From: Eledone cirrhosa
Taxonomy: Eukaryota
Direction of reading: 5' to 3'
DNA length: 64,000 nt
Assembly (NCBI GenBank): GCA_964016885.1
Contig: OZ024745.1
Span: 2,914,001 to 2,978,000 of the forward strand
Part shown: positions 23,536-35,400 of the stretch, piece by piece
Layout: the number at the start of each line of letters is the position of its first letter
Numbering within the stretch: the first letter of the stretch is position 1
The notes under the pieces: generated by a model
What the model saw: the letters and a program-made list of their open reading frames with translations, nothing else
Told to the model about the DNA's origin: nothing
Database searches by the model: none
Translations under genes and position numbers: made by a program

Positions 23536-24583
23536 ATAAAACATGGGTAAATACTTGGAAAGTCTCGTCAAGAAAATCAAAAAAAATAATATATAGACAA
23601 ATGAATTAGAATATGAAATATATAATAATCTTTCAAGAAATATAGTTAGGTGTGTGTATATGTATGTATATACGCTCACAGATGTGCATATATGTGTATG
23701 CACATATGTATACGTATAGTGAAAAAGTGTGCGTAAATATAAAATTTAGGGCAAATGTATCTGTATGTCTGTAATCTACAGACAGAATAGATACATCATA
23801 AGAATATGAATATGAAGGCGCGCGCATAAACACACCTACACACACGTACACTTAGATGCGGAAGTAAAAGAGGTAAGGGAGTGTAATAATTAAAGGAAAG
23901 TATCAATCTCGATATATTTATAAAAATGGAACAATAATTTAGAAAGAAAAAATTTAGAAAGAAAAAATTAAAGAAAAGAAGACAAAAAAGGGGTACATAC
24001 ATACACAGACACGCATATCTCACAAAAGAAACGCAAAAATATACATGTGTAAGTGTGCGTGTGTATATAAACATGTATATTTTTGCGTTTCTTTTGTGAG
24101 ATATGCGTGTCTGTGTATGTATGTACCCCTTTTTTGTCTTCTTTTCTTTAATTTTTTCTTTCTAAATTTTTTCTTTCTAAATTATTGTTCCATTTTTATA
24201 AATATATCGAGATTGATACTTTCCTTTAATTATTACACTCCCTTACCTCTTTTACTTCCGCATCTAAGTGTACGTGTGTGTAGGTGTGTTTATGCGCGCG
24301 CCTTCATATTCATATTCTTATGATGTATCTATTCTGTCTGTAGATTACAGACATACAGATACATTTGCCCTAAATTTTATATTTACGCACACTTTTTCAC
24401 TATACGTATACATATGTGCATACACATATATGCACATCTGTGAGCGTATATACATACATATACACACACCTAACTATATTTCTTGAAAGATTATTATATA
24501 TTTCATATTCTAATTCATTTGTCTATATATTATTTTTTTTGATTTTCTTGACGAGACTTTCCAAGTATTTACCCATGTTTTAT

Positions 24584-24661
24584 ATTGCCTCGTCTGACGA
24601 ACGAATGAAGACGTTTCTTTCGTATTCGCCTCATTCGGGAAACCTCTGGTAATGAGGTAAT
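24584..24661 (+). ncRNA. Type I hammerhead ribozyme motif in the right palindrome arm
   Basis: Stem I ATTGCCTCGT/ATGAGGTAAT (10 bp, two GU), core CTGACGA 24594-24600, stem II CGAATGA/TCATTCG, GAAA 24639-24642, stem III ACC-TCT-GGT, cleavage triplet GUA (after 24651). The stem II base pair is an A-G mismatch. Confidence 0.7.
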
Positions 24662-24683
24662 TATATTGTATTGATTTTTATAC

Positions 24684-24686
<3 letters not shown>

Positions 24687-24742
<56 letters not shown>
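24687..24742. repeat. (TA)n microsatellite
   Basis: Directly visible. Confidence 0.95.
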
Positions 24743-24746
<4 letters not shown>

Positions 24747-25345
24747 ATGCGAAGAAAGAAGAATACTGCGTGGTTTGCACATGGGTTACATATGATAAAA
24801 ATAGTCCTTCGTTAGTGATTTTCCAACCATCATTGGTATTTCATCGCATTAAAAATCAGATACCTCAGGTTGGTACGAACAATAATCTAAAAAAAGTTAT
24901 TGGGACAAGTGAATCGCGTAAAGTGAGGGGGACAAGTGAACAACATAGAAGGATAAAAACAAACCAAAGAAAGGAAATAAACAAGCAACATGGTAGTCCT
25001 GGTCAGCATAAGCTGGGTGGATTTCATGAGCGATCGATATACAGACGTTCGACGTGAGTGAGATGTAAGCAAGAAGAGGCCCACTGTTAGCCAAACGGGA
25101 GGAAGTGAGAAGGGGAGAAACAGAGAGTGAGTGAGTGGAAGTGCGAGGAAGCGGTCAGTCGAGAGAAAGTGTAACCGACAGAGGGGGCGAAAGAAGGTGA
25201 GAGAAACAGAGAGAGCGGGGAAGCAGTAAGAGAGAAACAGACAAACGCAGCCGAGGTAAATATATATAAAAAACATGAGAAGAAAGAAGAATACTGCGTG
25301 GTTTGCACATGGGTTACATGTGATAAAAATAGTTCTTCGTCAGTG
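24743..25345. repeat. 75-bp direct repeat pair (24743-24817 and 25271-25345), 528 bp apart
   Basis: AAACATG(C/A)GAAGAAAGAAGAATACTGCGTGGTTTGCACATGGGTTACAT... with 4 mismatches. Each copy follows a TA-rich run. Confidence 0.9.
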
Positions 25346-25441
25346 GTAGAACACTGGAAGGTAATATCCGTAGTGGTAGAGCCCTCAGTCCATGGGACGA
25401 GTTAGGTAGAAGTGTGTTACACAACAGTTAGTTCACCACAC

Positions 25442-25479
25442 CGAGAACAATTGTTTCACCTTAGCGGATCCTCAGCTCG
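25442..25479 (-). ncRNA. Minimal type I hammerhead ribozyme of Penelope pLTR type
   Basis: Minus strand: CGAG-CTGAGGA-TCCGCTAAGGT-GAAA-CAATTG-TT-CTCG. Stem I CGAG/CTCG, intact core, short stem II, palindromic stem III ACAATTGT, GUU triplet. Confidence 0.8.
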
Positions 25480-25498
25480 TAATGGACATGGTTATACG

Positions 25499-26356
25499 GA
25501 ACAGGAAGGACAACCGTACGAACGCGCATGCGCAGAAACCGTCACTTCACACAGGCGTAACAATAGACAAACTATCTGGTTCTCTCCTCCCTTCTCACTC
25601 AACGTTAAAACCAATGTAGGCAAACAATTTCTAGCCCTCTTAGATAGGTCATAAATACCGCTCGATATTTAACCGACACAAAGTAAAACTAGGATACACC
25701 TGCGCTAAGAACATGAAGGCCCACATCACCAACAGCCCTAAAAGCAACACCCCACCAGAGTGCTCTTGCCGTAAGCCCGAAGCTTGTCCCTTTCAACAGC
25801 AATGCAACACACCCGCTGTAAGTTATGAAGCTGTGGTCACTTCCAACCGACCAAATCAACCACAGGAGGTCAAATCCTATGTGGGTATGGCGGATGGCCG
25901 ATTTAAGGAACGCTTCCTGAACCACCAGTCGACCTTTAGGTACCCGGACAGACATTCATCCACGAAACTCGCGAGCCACGTATGGTCCCTCAAGGACTCA
26001 AGTATAGACTATTCCATTCAATGGAAAGCCATCACTATGTCCAAGCCGTACGCAAGGGGAAATCTGTCGTGTGGACTATGTATTGATGAACGAATGAATA
26101 TTCTAAAGGGATTATTCAATAGTGATTGCCTAAACACAAGAAATGAATTCTTCACACGTTGTCCACACGTCTCGAAACACCTCTTACATAACTACAAAGC
26201 TCCGGATTGAATCACAACATCCTAACTTTCTTATCAACTAGAAACTTTTCGGACTTTCGTAGTTATCACCCTTACACCTCTCGCACGCTTTTTAGTATTG
26301 CCTCTGTGAAGTGAGGTTTCTGCGCATGCGCGTTGGTACGGTTGTCCTTCCTGTTC
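25499..26356 (+). mobile_element. 5'-truncated Penelope-like retroelement (Naiad-like) bounded by a ~58-bp inverted repeat
   Basis: 25499-25556 is the reverse complement of 26300-26356 (GAACAGGAAGGACAACCGTAC(G/C)AACGCGCATGCGCAGAAACC..TCACTTCAC). The pair encloses thumb/linker and GIY-YIG coding sequence. Confidence 0.85.
25553..26210 (+). pseudogene. Penelope-like RT C-terminus, Cys linker and GIY-YIG endonuclease (frameshifted, no RT core)
   Basis: IWFSPPFSLNVKTNVGKQFLALLD, a frameshift near 25650, then HKYRSIFNRHKVKLGYTC, CSC..CP...C, AVSY..YVGM..FKERFLNH, CGLCIDER and LNTRNE. ORF 25713-26210 is open. Confidence 0.88.
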
Positions 26357-26423
26357 TTTTAAGTCTGTTGTAGGAGCAATACCCGCGAGCTTGTAAGAGA
26401 TGAACTATAAAAGATGAACCTTT

Positions 26424-29400
26424 ACTGCAGACTTGTTATTGAACTGGTCAACAGATGTACTTCTGGTGAGACTGCAGACTTGTTATTGAATTGGTTTACA
26501 GAGGTGATTCTGGTGAGACTGCAGACTTGTCATTGAACTGGTCAGTAGAGGTGATTCTGGTGAGACTGAAGACTTGTTATTGAACTGGTCAGTAGAGGTG
26601 ATTCTGGTGAGACTGAAGACTTGTTATTGAACTGGTCAACAGAGGTGATTCTGGTGAGACTGACGACTTGTTATTGAACTGGTCAACAGAGGGGATTCTG
26701 GTGAGACTGCAGACTTGTTATTGAACTGGTCAACAGAGGTGATACTGGTGAGACTACAGACTTGTTATTGAACTGGTTTACAGAGGTGATTCTGGTGAGA
26801 CTGCAGACTTGTCATTGAACTGGTCAGTAGAGGTGATTCTGGTGAGACTGAAGACTTGTTATTGAACTGGTCAACAGAGGTGATACTGGTGAGACTGCAG
26901 ACTTGTTATTGAACTGGTTTACAGAGGTGATTCTGGTGAGACTGCAGACTTGTCATTGAACTGGTCAGTAGAGGTGATTCTGGTGAGACTGCAGACTTGT
27001 CATTGAACTGGTCAGTAGAGGTGATTCTGGTGAGACTGCAGACTTGTCATTGAACTGGTCAGTAGAGGTGATTCTGGTGAGACTGCAGACTTGTTATTGA
27101 ACTGGTCAACAGAGGTGATACTGGTGAGACTGCAGACTTGTTATTGAACTGGTTTACAGAGGTGATTCTGGTGAGACTGCAGACTTGTCATTAAACTGGT
27201 CAGTAGAGGTGATTCTGGTGAGACTGCAGACTTGTTATTGAACTGGTCAACAGAGGTGATACTGGTGAGACTGACGACTTGTTATTGAACTGGTCAACAG
27301 AGGTGATTCTGGTGAGACTGCAGACTTGTTATTGAACTGGTCAACAGAGGTGATTTTGGTGAAACTGTAGACTTGTTATTGAACTGGTCAACAGAGGTGA
27401 TTCTGGTGAGACTGCAGACTTGTTATTGAACTGGTCAGTAGAGGTGAGACTGCAGACTTGTTATTGAACTGGTCAACAAAGGTGATTCTAGTGATACTGC
27501 AGACTTGTTATTGAACTGGTCAGTAGAGGGGATTCTGGTGAGACTGTAGACTTGTTATTCAACTGGTCAGTAGAGGTGAGACTGCAGACTTGTTGTTGAA
27601 CTGGTCAACAGAGGTGATTCTGGTGAGACTGCAGACTTGTTATTGAACTGGTCAGTAGAGGTGATTCTGGTGAGACTGCAGACTTGTTATTGAACTGGTC
27701 AACAGAGGTGATTCTGGTGAGACTGTAGACTTGTTATTGAACTGGTCAACAGAGGTGATTCTGGTGAGACTGTAGACTTGTTATTGAACTGGTCAACAGA
27801 GGTGATTCTGGTGAGACTGTAGACTTGTTATTGAACTGGTCAACAGAGGTGATTCTTGTGAGACTACAGACTTGTTATTGAACTGGTCACAGAGGTGATT
27901 CTGGTGAGACTGTAGACTTGTTATTGAACTGGTCAACAGAGGTGATTCTTGTCAGACTGTAGACTTGTTATTGAACTGGTCAACAGAGGGGATTCTGGTG
28001 AGACTGTAGACTTGTTATTGAACTGGTCAACAGAGGTGATTCTTGTGAGACTGTAGACTTGTTATTGAACTGGTCAACAGAGGGGATTCTGGTGAGTGTG
28101 TAGACTTGTTATTGAACTCGTCAACAGAGGTGATTTTTGTGAGACTGTAGACTTGTTATTGAACTGGTCAACAGAGGTGATTCTTGTGAGACTGCAGACT
28201 TGTTAATGAACTGGTCAACAGAGGGGATTCTGGTGAGACTGTAGACTTGTTATTGAACTGGTCAACAGAGGTGATTCTTGTGAGAGTGCAGACTTGTTAT
28301 TGAACTGGTCAACAGAGGGGATTCTGGTGAGACTGCAGACTTGTTATTGAACTGGTCAACAGAGGTGATTCTGGTGATACTGTAGACTTGTTATTGAACT
28401 GGTCAACAGAGGTGATTCTTGTGAGACTGTAGACTTGTTATTGAAATGGTCAACAGAGGTGATTCTTGTGAGACTGCAGACTTGTTAATGAACTGGTCAA
28501 CAGAGGGGATTCTGGTGAGACTGTAGACTTGTTATTGAACTGGTCAACAGAGGTGATTTTTGTGAGACTGTAGACTTGTTATTGAACTGGTCAACAGAGG
28601 TGATTCTTGTGAGACTGCAGACTTGTTAATGAACTGGTCAACAGAGGTGATTTTTGTGAGACTGTAGACTTGTTATTGAACTGGTCAACAGAGGTGATTC
28701 TTGTGAGACTGCAGACTTGTTATTGAACTGGTCAACAGAGGGGATTCTGGTGAGACTGCAGACTTGTTATTGAACTGGTCAACAGAGGTGATTCTGGTGA
28801 GACTGTAGACTTGTTATTGAACTGGTCAACAGAGGTGATTCTGGTGAGACTGTAGACTTGTTATTGAACTGGTCAACAGAGGTGATTCTGGTGAGACTGT
28901 AGACTTGTTATTGAACTGGTCAACAGAGGTGATTCTTGTGAGACTGTAGACTTGTTATTGAACTGGTCAACAGAGGGGATTCTGGTGAGACTGTAGACTT
29001 GTTATTGAACTGGTCAACAGAGGTGATTTTTGTGAGACTGTAGACTTGTTATTGAACTGGTCAACAGAGGTGATTCTTGTGAGACTGCAGACTTGTTATT
29101 GAACTGGTCAACAGAGGTGATTCTGGTGAGACTGTAGACTTGTTATTGAACTGGTCAACAGAGGTGATTCTGTTGAGACTGTAGACTTGTTATTGAACTG
29201 GTCAACAGAGGTGATTCTGGTGAGACTGAAGCCTTGTTATTGAACTGGTCAACAGAGGTGATTCTGGTGAGACTGAAGACTTGTTATTGAACTGGTCAAC
29301 AGAGGTGATTCTGGTGAGACCGCAGACTTGTTATTGAACTGGTCAACACAGCTGATCCTGGTGAGACTGCAGACTGGTTATTGAACTGGTCAACAGGGGT

Positions 29401-32400
29401 GCTTCTGGTAGGACTGCAGACTTGTTATTGAACTGGTCAACAGAGGTGATTCTGGTGAGACTGTAGACTTGTTATTTAACTGGTCAACAGAGGTGATTCT
29501 GGTGAGACTGCAGACTTGTTTTTGAACTGGTTAACAGATGTACTTCTGGTGAGACTGCAGACTTGTTATTGAACTGGTCAACAGAGGTGATTCTGGTGAG
29601 ACTGCAGACTGGTTATTGAACTGGTCAACAGAGGTGATTCTGGTGAGAGTGCAGACTTGTTATTGAACTGGTCAGTAGAGGTGATTCTGGTGAGACTGCA
29701 GACTTGTTATTGAACTGGTCAACAGAGGTGATTCTGGTGAGACTGTAGACTTGTTATTGAACTGGTCAACAGAGCTGATTCTGGTGAGATTGTAGACTTG
29801 TTATTGAACTGGTCAACAGAGGTGATTCTGGTGAGACTGTAGACTTGTTATTGAACTGGTCAACAGAGGTGATTCTGGTGAGAATGTAGACATGTTATTG
29901 AACTGGTCAACAGAGGTGATTCTGGTGAGACTGAAGACTTGTTATTGAACTGGTCAACAGAGGTGATTCTGGTGAGACTGTAGACTTGTTATTGAACTGG
30001 TCAACACAGCTGATCCTGGTGAGACTGTAGACTGGTTATTGAACTGGTCAACAGAGGTGATTCTGGTGAGACTGCAGACTTGTTATTGAACTGGTCAACA
30101 GAGGTGATTCTGGTGAGACTGTAGACTTGTTATTTAACTGGTCAACAAAGGTGATTCTGGTGAGACTGCAGACTTGTTATTGAACTGGTCAGTAGAGGTG
30201 ATTCTGGTGAGACTGAGGACTTGTTATTGAACTGGTCAACAGAGGTGATTCTGGTGAGACTGTAGACATGTTATTGAACTGGTCAACAGAGGTGATTTTT
30301 GTGAGACTGTAGACTTGTTATTGAACTGGTCAACAGAGGTGATTCTTGTGAGACTGCAGACTTGTTAATGAACTGGTCAACAGAGGGGATTCTGGTGAGA
30401 CTGTAGACTTGTTATTGAACTGGTCAACAGAGGTGATTCTTGTGAGACTGCAGACTTGTTATTGAACTGGTCAACAGAGGGGATTCTGGTGAGACTGCAG
30501 ACTTGTTATTGAACTGGTCAACAGAGGTGATTCTGGTGAGACTGTAGACTTGTTATTGAACTGGTCAACAGAGGTGATTCTGGTGAGACTGTAGACTTGT
30601 TATTGAACTGGTCAACAGAGGTGATTCTGGTGAGACTGTAGACTTGTTATTGAACTGGTCAACAGAGGTGATTCTTGTGAGACTGTAGACTTGTTATTGA
30701 ACTGGTCAACAGAGGGGATTCTGGTGAGACTGTAGACTTGTTATTGAACTGGTCAACAGAGGTGATTTTTGTGAGACTGTAGACTTGTTATTGAACTGGT
30801 CAACAGAGGTGATTCTTGTGAGACTGCAGACTTGTTATTGAACTGGTCAACAGAGGTGATTCTGGTGAGACTGTAGACTTGTTATTGAACTGGTCAACAG
30901 AGGTGATTCTGTTGAGACTGTAGACTTGTTATTGAACTGGTCAACAGAGGTGATTCTGGTGAGACTGAAGCCTTGTTATTGAACTGGTCAACAGAGGTGA
31001 TTCTGGTGAGACTGAAGACTTGTTATTGAACTGGTCAACAGAGGTGATTCTGGTGAGACTGCAGACTTGTTATTGAACTGGTCAACACAGCTGATCCTGG
31101 TGAGACTGCAGACTGGTTATTGAACTGGTCAACAGAGGTGCTTCTGGTAGGACTGCAGACTTGTTATTGAACTGGTCAACAGAGGTGATTCTGGTGAGAC
31201 TGTAGACTTGTTATTTAACTGGTCAACAGAGGTGATTCTGGTGAGACTGCAGACTTGTTATTGAACTGGTTAACAGATGTACTTCTGGTGAGACTGCAGA
31301 CTTGTTATTGAACTGGTCAACAGAGGTGATTCTGGTGAGACTGTAGACTTGTTATTGAACTGGTCAACAGAGGTGATTCTGGTGAGACTGTAGACTTGTT
31401 ATTGAACTGGTCAACAGAGGTGATTCTGGTGAGACTGTAGACATGTTATTGAACTGGTCAACAGAGGTGATTCTGGTGAGACTGAAGACTTGTTATTGAA
31501 CTGGTCAACAGAGGTGATTCTGGTGAGACTGTAGACTTGTTATTGAACTGGTCAACAGAGGTGATTCTTGTCAGACTGTAGACTTGTTATTGAACTGGTC
31601 AACAGAGGGGATTCTGGTGAGACTGTAGACTTGTTATTGAACTGGTCAACAGAGGTGATTCTGGTGAGACTGTAGACTTGTTATTTAACTGGTCAACAGA
31701 GGTGATTCTTGTGAGACTGCAGACTTGTTAATGAACTGGTCAACAGAGGTGATTCTGGTGAGACTGTAGACTTGTTATTGAACTGGTCAACAGAGGTGAT
31801 TCTAGTGAGACTGCAGACTTGTTATTGAACTGGTCAACAGAGGGGATTCTGGTGAGACTGCAGACTTGTTATTGAACTGGTCAACAGAGGTGATTCTGGT
31901 GAGACTGTAGACTTGTTATTGAACTGGTCAACAGAGGTGATTCTGGTGAGACTGTAGACTTGTTATTGAACTGGTCAACAGAGGTGATTCTGGTGAGACT
32001 GTAGACTTGTTATTGAACTGGTCAACAGAGGTGATTCTTGTGAGACTGTAGACTTGTTATTGAACTGGTCAACAGAGGGGATTCTGGTGAGACTGTAGAC
32101 TTGTTATTGAACTGGTCAACAGAGGTGATTTTTGTGAGACTGTAGACTTGTTATTGAACTGGTCAACAGAGGTGATTCTTGTGAGACTGCAGACTTGTTA
32201 TTGAACTGGTCAACAGAGGTGATTCTGGTGAGACTGTAGACTTGTTATTGAACTGGTCAACAGAGGTGATTCTGTTGAGACTGTAGACTTGTTATTGAAC
32301 TGGTCAACAGAGGTGATTCTGGTGAGACTGAAGCCTTGTTATTGAACTGGTCAACAGAGGTGATTCTGGTGAGACTGAAGACTTGTTATTGAACTGGTCA

Positions 32401-35400
32401 ACAGAGGTGATTCTGGTGAGACTGCAGACTTGTTATTGAACTGGTCAACACAGCTGATCCTGGTGAGACTGCAGACTGGTTATTGAACTGGTCAACAGGG
32501 GTGCTTCTGGTAGGACTGCAGACTTGTTATTGAACTGGTCAACAGAGGTGATTCTGGTGAGACTGTAGACTTGTTATTTAACTGGTCAACAGAGGTGATT
32601 CTGGTGAGACTGCAGACTTGTTATTGAACTGGTTAACAGATGTACTTCTGGTGAGACTGCAGACTTGTTATTGAACTGGTCAACAGAGGTGATTCTGGTG
32701 AGACTGCAGACTGGTTATTGAACTGGTCAACAGAGGTGATTCTGGTGAGACTGCAGACTTGTTATTGAACTGGTCAACAGATGTACTTCTGGTGAGGCTG
32801 CAGACTTGTTATTGAACTGGTCAACAGAGGTGATTCTGGTGAGACTGTAGACTTGTTATTGAACTGGTCAACAGAGGTGATTCTGGTGAGAGTGCAGACT
32901 TGTTATTGAACTGGTCAGTAGAGGTGATTCTGGTGAGACTGCAGACTTGTTATTGAACTGGTCAACAGAGGTGATTCTGGTGAGACTGTAGACTTGTTAT
33001 TGAACTGGTCAACAGAGCTGATTCTGGTGAGATTGTAGACTTGTTATTGAACTGGTCAACAGAGGTGATTCTGGTGAGACTGTAGACTTGTTATTGAACT
33101 GGTCAACAGAGGTGATTCTGGTGAGAATGTAGACATGTTATTGAACTGGTCAACAGAGGTGATTCTGGTGAGACTGAAGACTTGTTATTGAACTGGTCAA
33201 CAGAGGTGATTCTGGTGAGACTGTAGACTTGTTATTGAACTGGTCAAAACAGCTGATCCTGGTGAGACTGTAGACTGGTTATTGAACTGGTCAACAGAGG
33301 TGATTCTGGTGAGACTGCAGACTTGTTATTGAACTGGTCAACAGAGGTGATTCTGGTGAGACTGTAGACTTGTTATTTAACTGGTCAACAAAGGTGATTC
33401 TGGTGAGACTGCAGACTTGTTATTGAACTGGTCAGTAGAGGTGATTCTGGTGAGACTGAGGACTTGTTATTGAACTGGTCAACAGAGGTGATTCTGGTGA
33501 GACTGTAGACATGTTATTGAACTGGTCAACAGAGGTGATTTTTGTGAGACTGTAGACTTGTTATTGAACTGGTCAACAGAGGTGATTCTTGTGATACTGC
33601 AGACTTGTTAATGAACTGGTCAACAGAGGGGATTCTGGTGAGACTGTAGACTTGTTATTGAACTGGTCAACAGAGGTGATTCTTGTGAGACTGCAGACTT
33701 GTTATTGAACTGGTCAACAGAGGGGATTCTGGTGAGACTGCAGACTTGTTATTGAACTGGTCAACAGAGGTGATTCTGGTGAGACTGTAGACTTGTTATT
33801 GAACTGGTCAACAGAGGTGATTCTGGTGAGACTGTAGACTTGTTATTGAACTGGTCAACAGAGGTGATTCTGGTGAGACTGTAGACTTGTTATTGAACTG
33901 GTCAACAGAGGTGATTCTTGTGAGACTGTAGACTTGTTATTGAACTGGTCAACAGAGGGGATTCTGGTGAGACTGTAGACTTGTTATTGAACTGGTCAAC
34001 AGAGGTGATTTTTGTGAGACTGTAGACTTGTTATTGAACTGGTCAACAGAGGTGATTCTTGTGAGACTGCAGACTTGTTATTGAACTGGTCAACAGAGGT
34101 GATTCTGGTGAGACTGTAGACTTGTTATTGAACTGGTCAACAGAGGTGATTCTGTTGAGACTGTAGACTTGTTATTGAACTGGTCAACAGAGGTGATTCT
34201 GGTGAGACTGAAGCCTTGTTATTGAACTGGTCAACAGAGGTGATTCTGGTGAGACTGAAGACTTGTTATTGAACTGGTCAACAGAGGTGATTCTGGTGAG
34301 ACTGTAGACTTGTTATTGAACTGGTCAACAGAGGTGATTCTTGTGAGACTGTAGACTTGTTATTGAACTGGTCAACAGAGGGGATTCTGGTGAGACTGTA
34401 GACTTGTTATTGAACTGGTCAACAGAGGTGATTTTTGTGAGACTGTAGACTTGTTATTGAACTGGTCAACAGAGGTGATTCTTGTGAGACTGCAGACTTG
34501 TTATTGAACTGGTCAACAGAGGTGATTCTGGTGAGACTGTAGACTTGTTATTGAACTGGTCAACAGAGGTGATTCTGTTGAGACTGTAGACTTGTTATTG
34601 AACTGGTCAACAGAGGTGATTCTGGTGAGACTGAAGCCTTGTTATTGAACTGGTCAACAGAGGTGATTCTGGTGAGACTGAAGACTTGTTATTGAACTGG
34701 TCAACAGAGGTGATTCTGGTGAGACTGCAGACTGGTTATTGAACTGGTCAACAGGGGTGCTTCTGGTAGGACTGCAGACTTGTTATTGAACTGGTCAACA
34801 GAGGTGATTCTGGTGAGACTGTAGACTTGTTATTTAACTGGTCAACAGAGGTGATTCTGGTGAGACTGCAGACTTGTTATTGAACTGGTTAACAGATGTA
34901 CTTCTGGTGAGACTGCAGACTTGTTATTGAACTGGTCAACAGAGGTGATTCTGGTGAGACTGCAGACTGGTTATTGAACTGGTCAACAGAGGTGATTCTG
35001 GTGAGACTGCAGACTTGTTATTGAACTGGTCAACAGATGTACTTCTGGTGAGGCTGCAGACTTGTTATTGAACTGGTCAACAGAGGTGATTCTGGTGAGA
35101 CTGTAGACTTGTTATTGAACTGGTCAACAGAGGTGATTCTGGTGAGAGTGCAGACTTGTTATTGAACTGGTCAGTAGAGGTGATTCTGGTGAGACTGCAG
35201 ACTTGTTATTGAACTGGTCAACAGAGGTGATTCTGGTGAGACTGTAGACTTGTTATTGAACTGGTCAACAGAGCTGATTCTGGTGAGATTGTAGACTTGT
35301 TATTGAACTGGTCAACAGAGGTGATTCTGGTGAGACTGTAGACTTGTTATTGAACTGGTCAACAGAGGTGATTCTGGTGAGAATGTAGACATGTTATTGA

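Larger units (their letters stand above)
23432..24687. repeat. Large palindrome with 617-bp arms (23432-24048 and 24071-24687) and a 22-bp spacer
   Basis: Mirror coordinates sum to 48119. The ORF track gives identical peptides on opposite strands, and no mismatches were seen in spot checks. Confidence 0.96.

Noticed and set aside
23467-24652. Duplicated short ORFs on opposite strands
   Set aside because: A consequence of the palindrome, with low-complexity peptides and no recognisable domain.
25285-25345. Fifth hammerhead at the minus-strand CTGACGA
   Set aside because: No downstream GAAA box, and the second repeat copy has CTAACGA.
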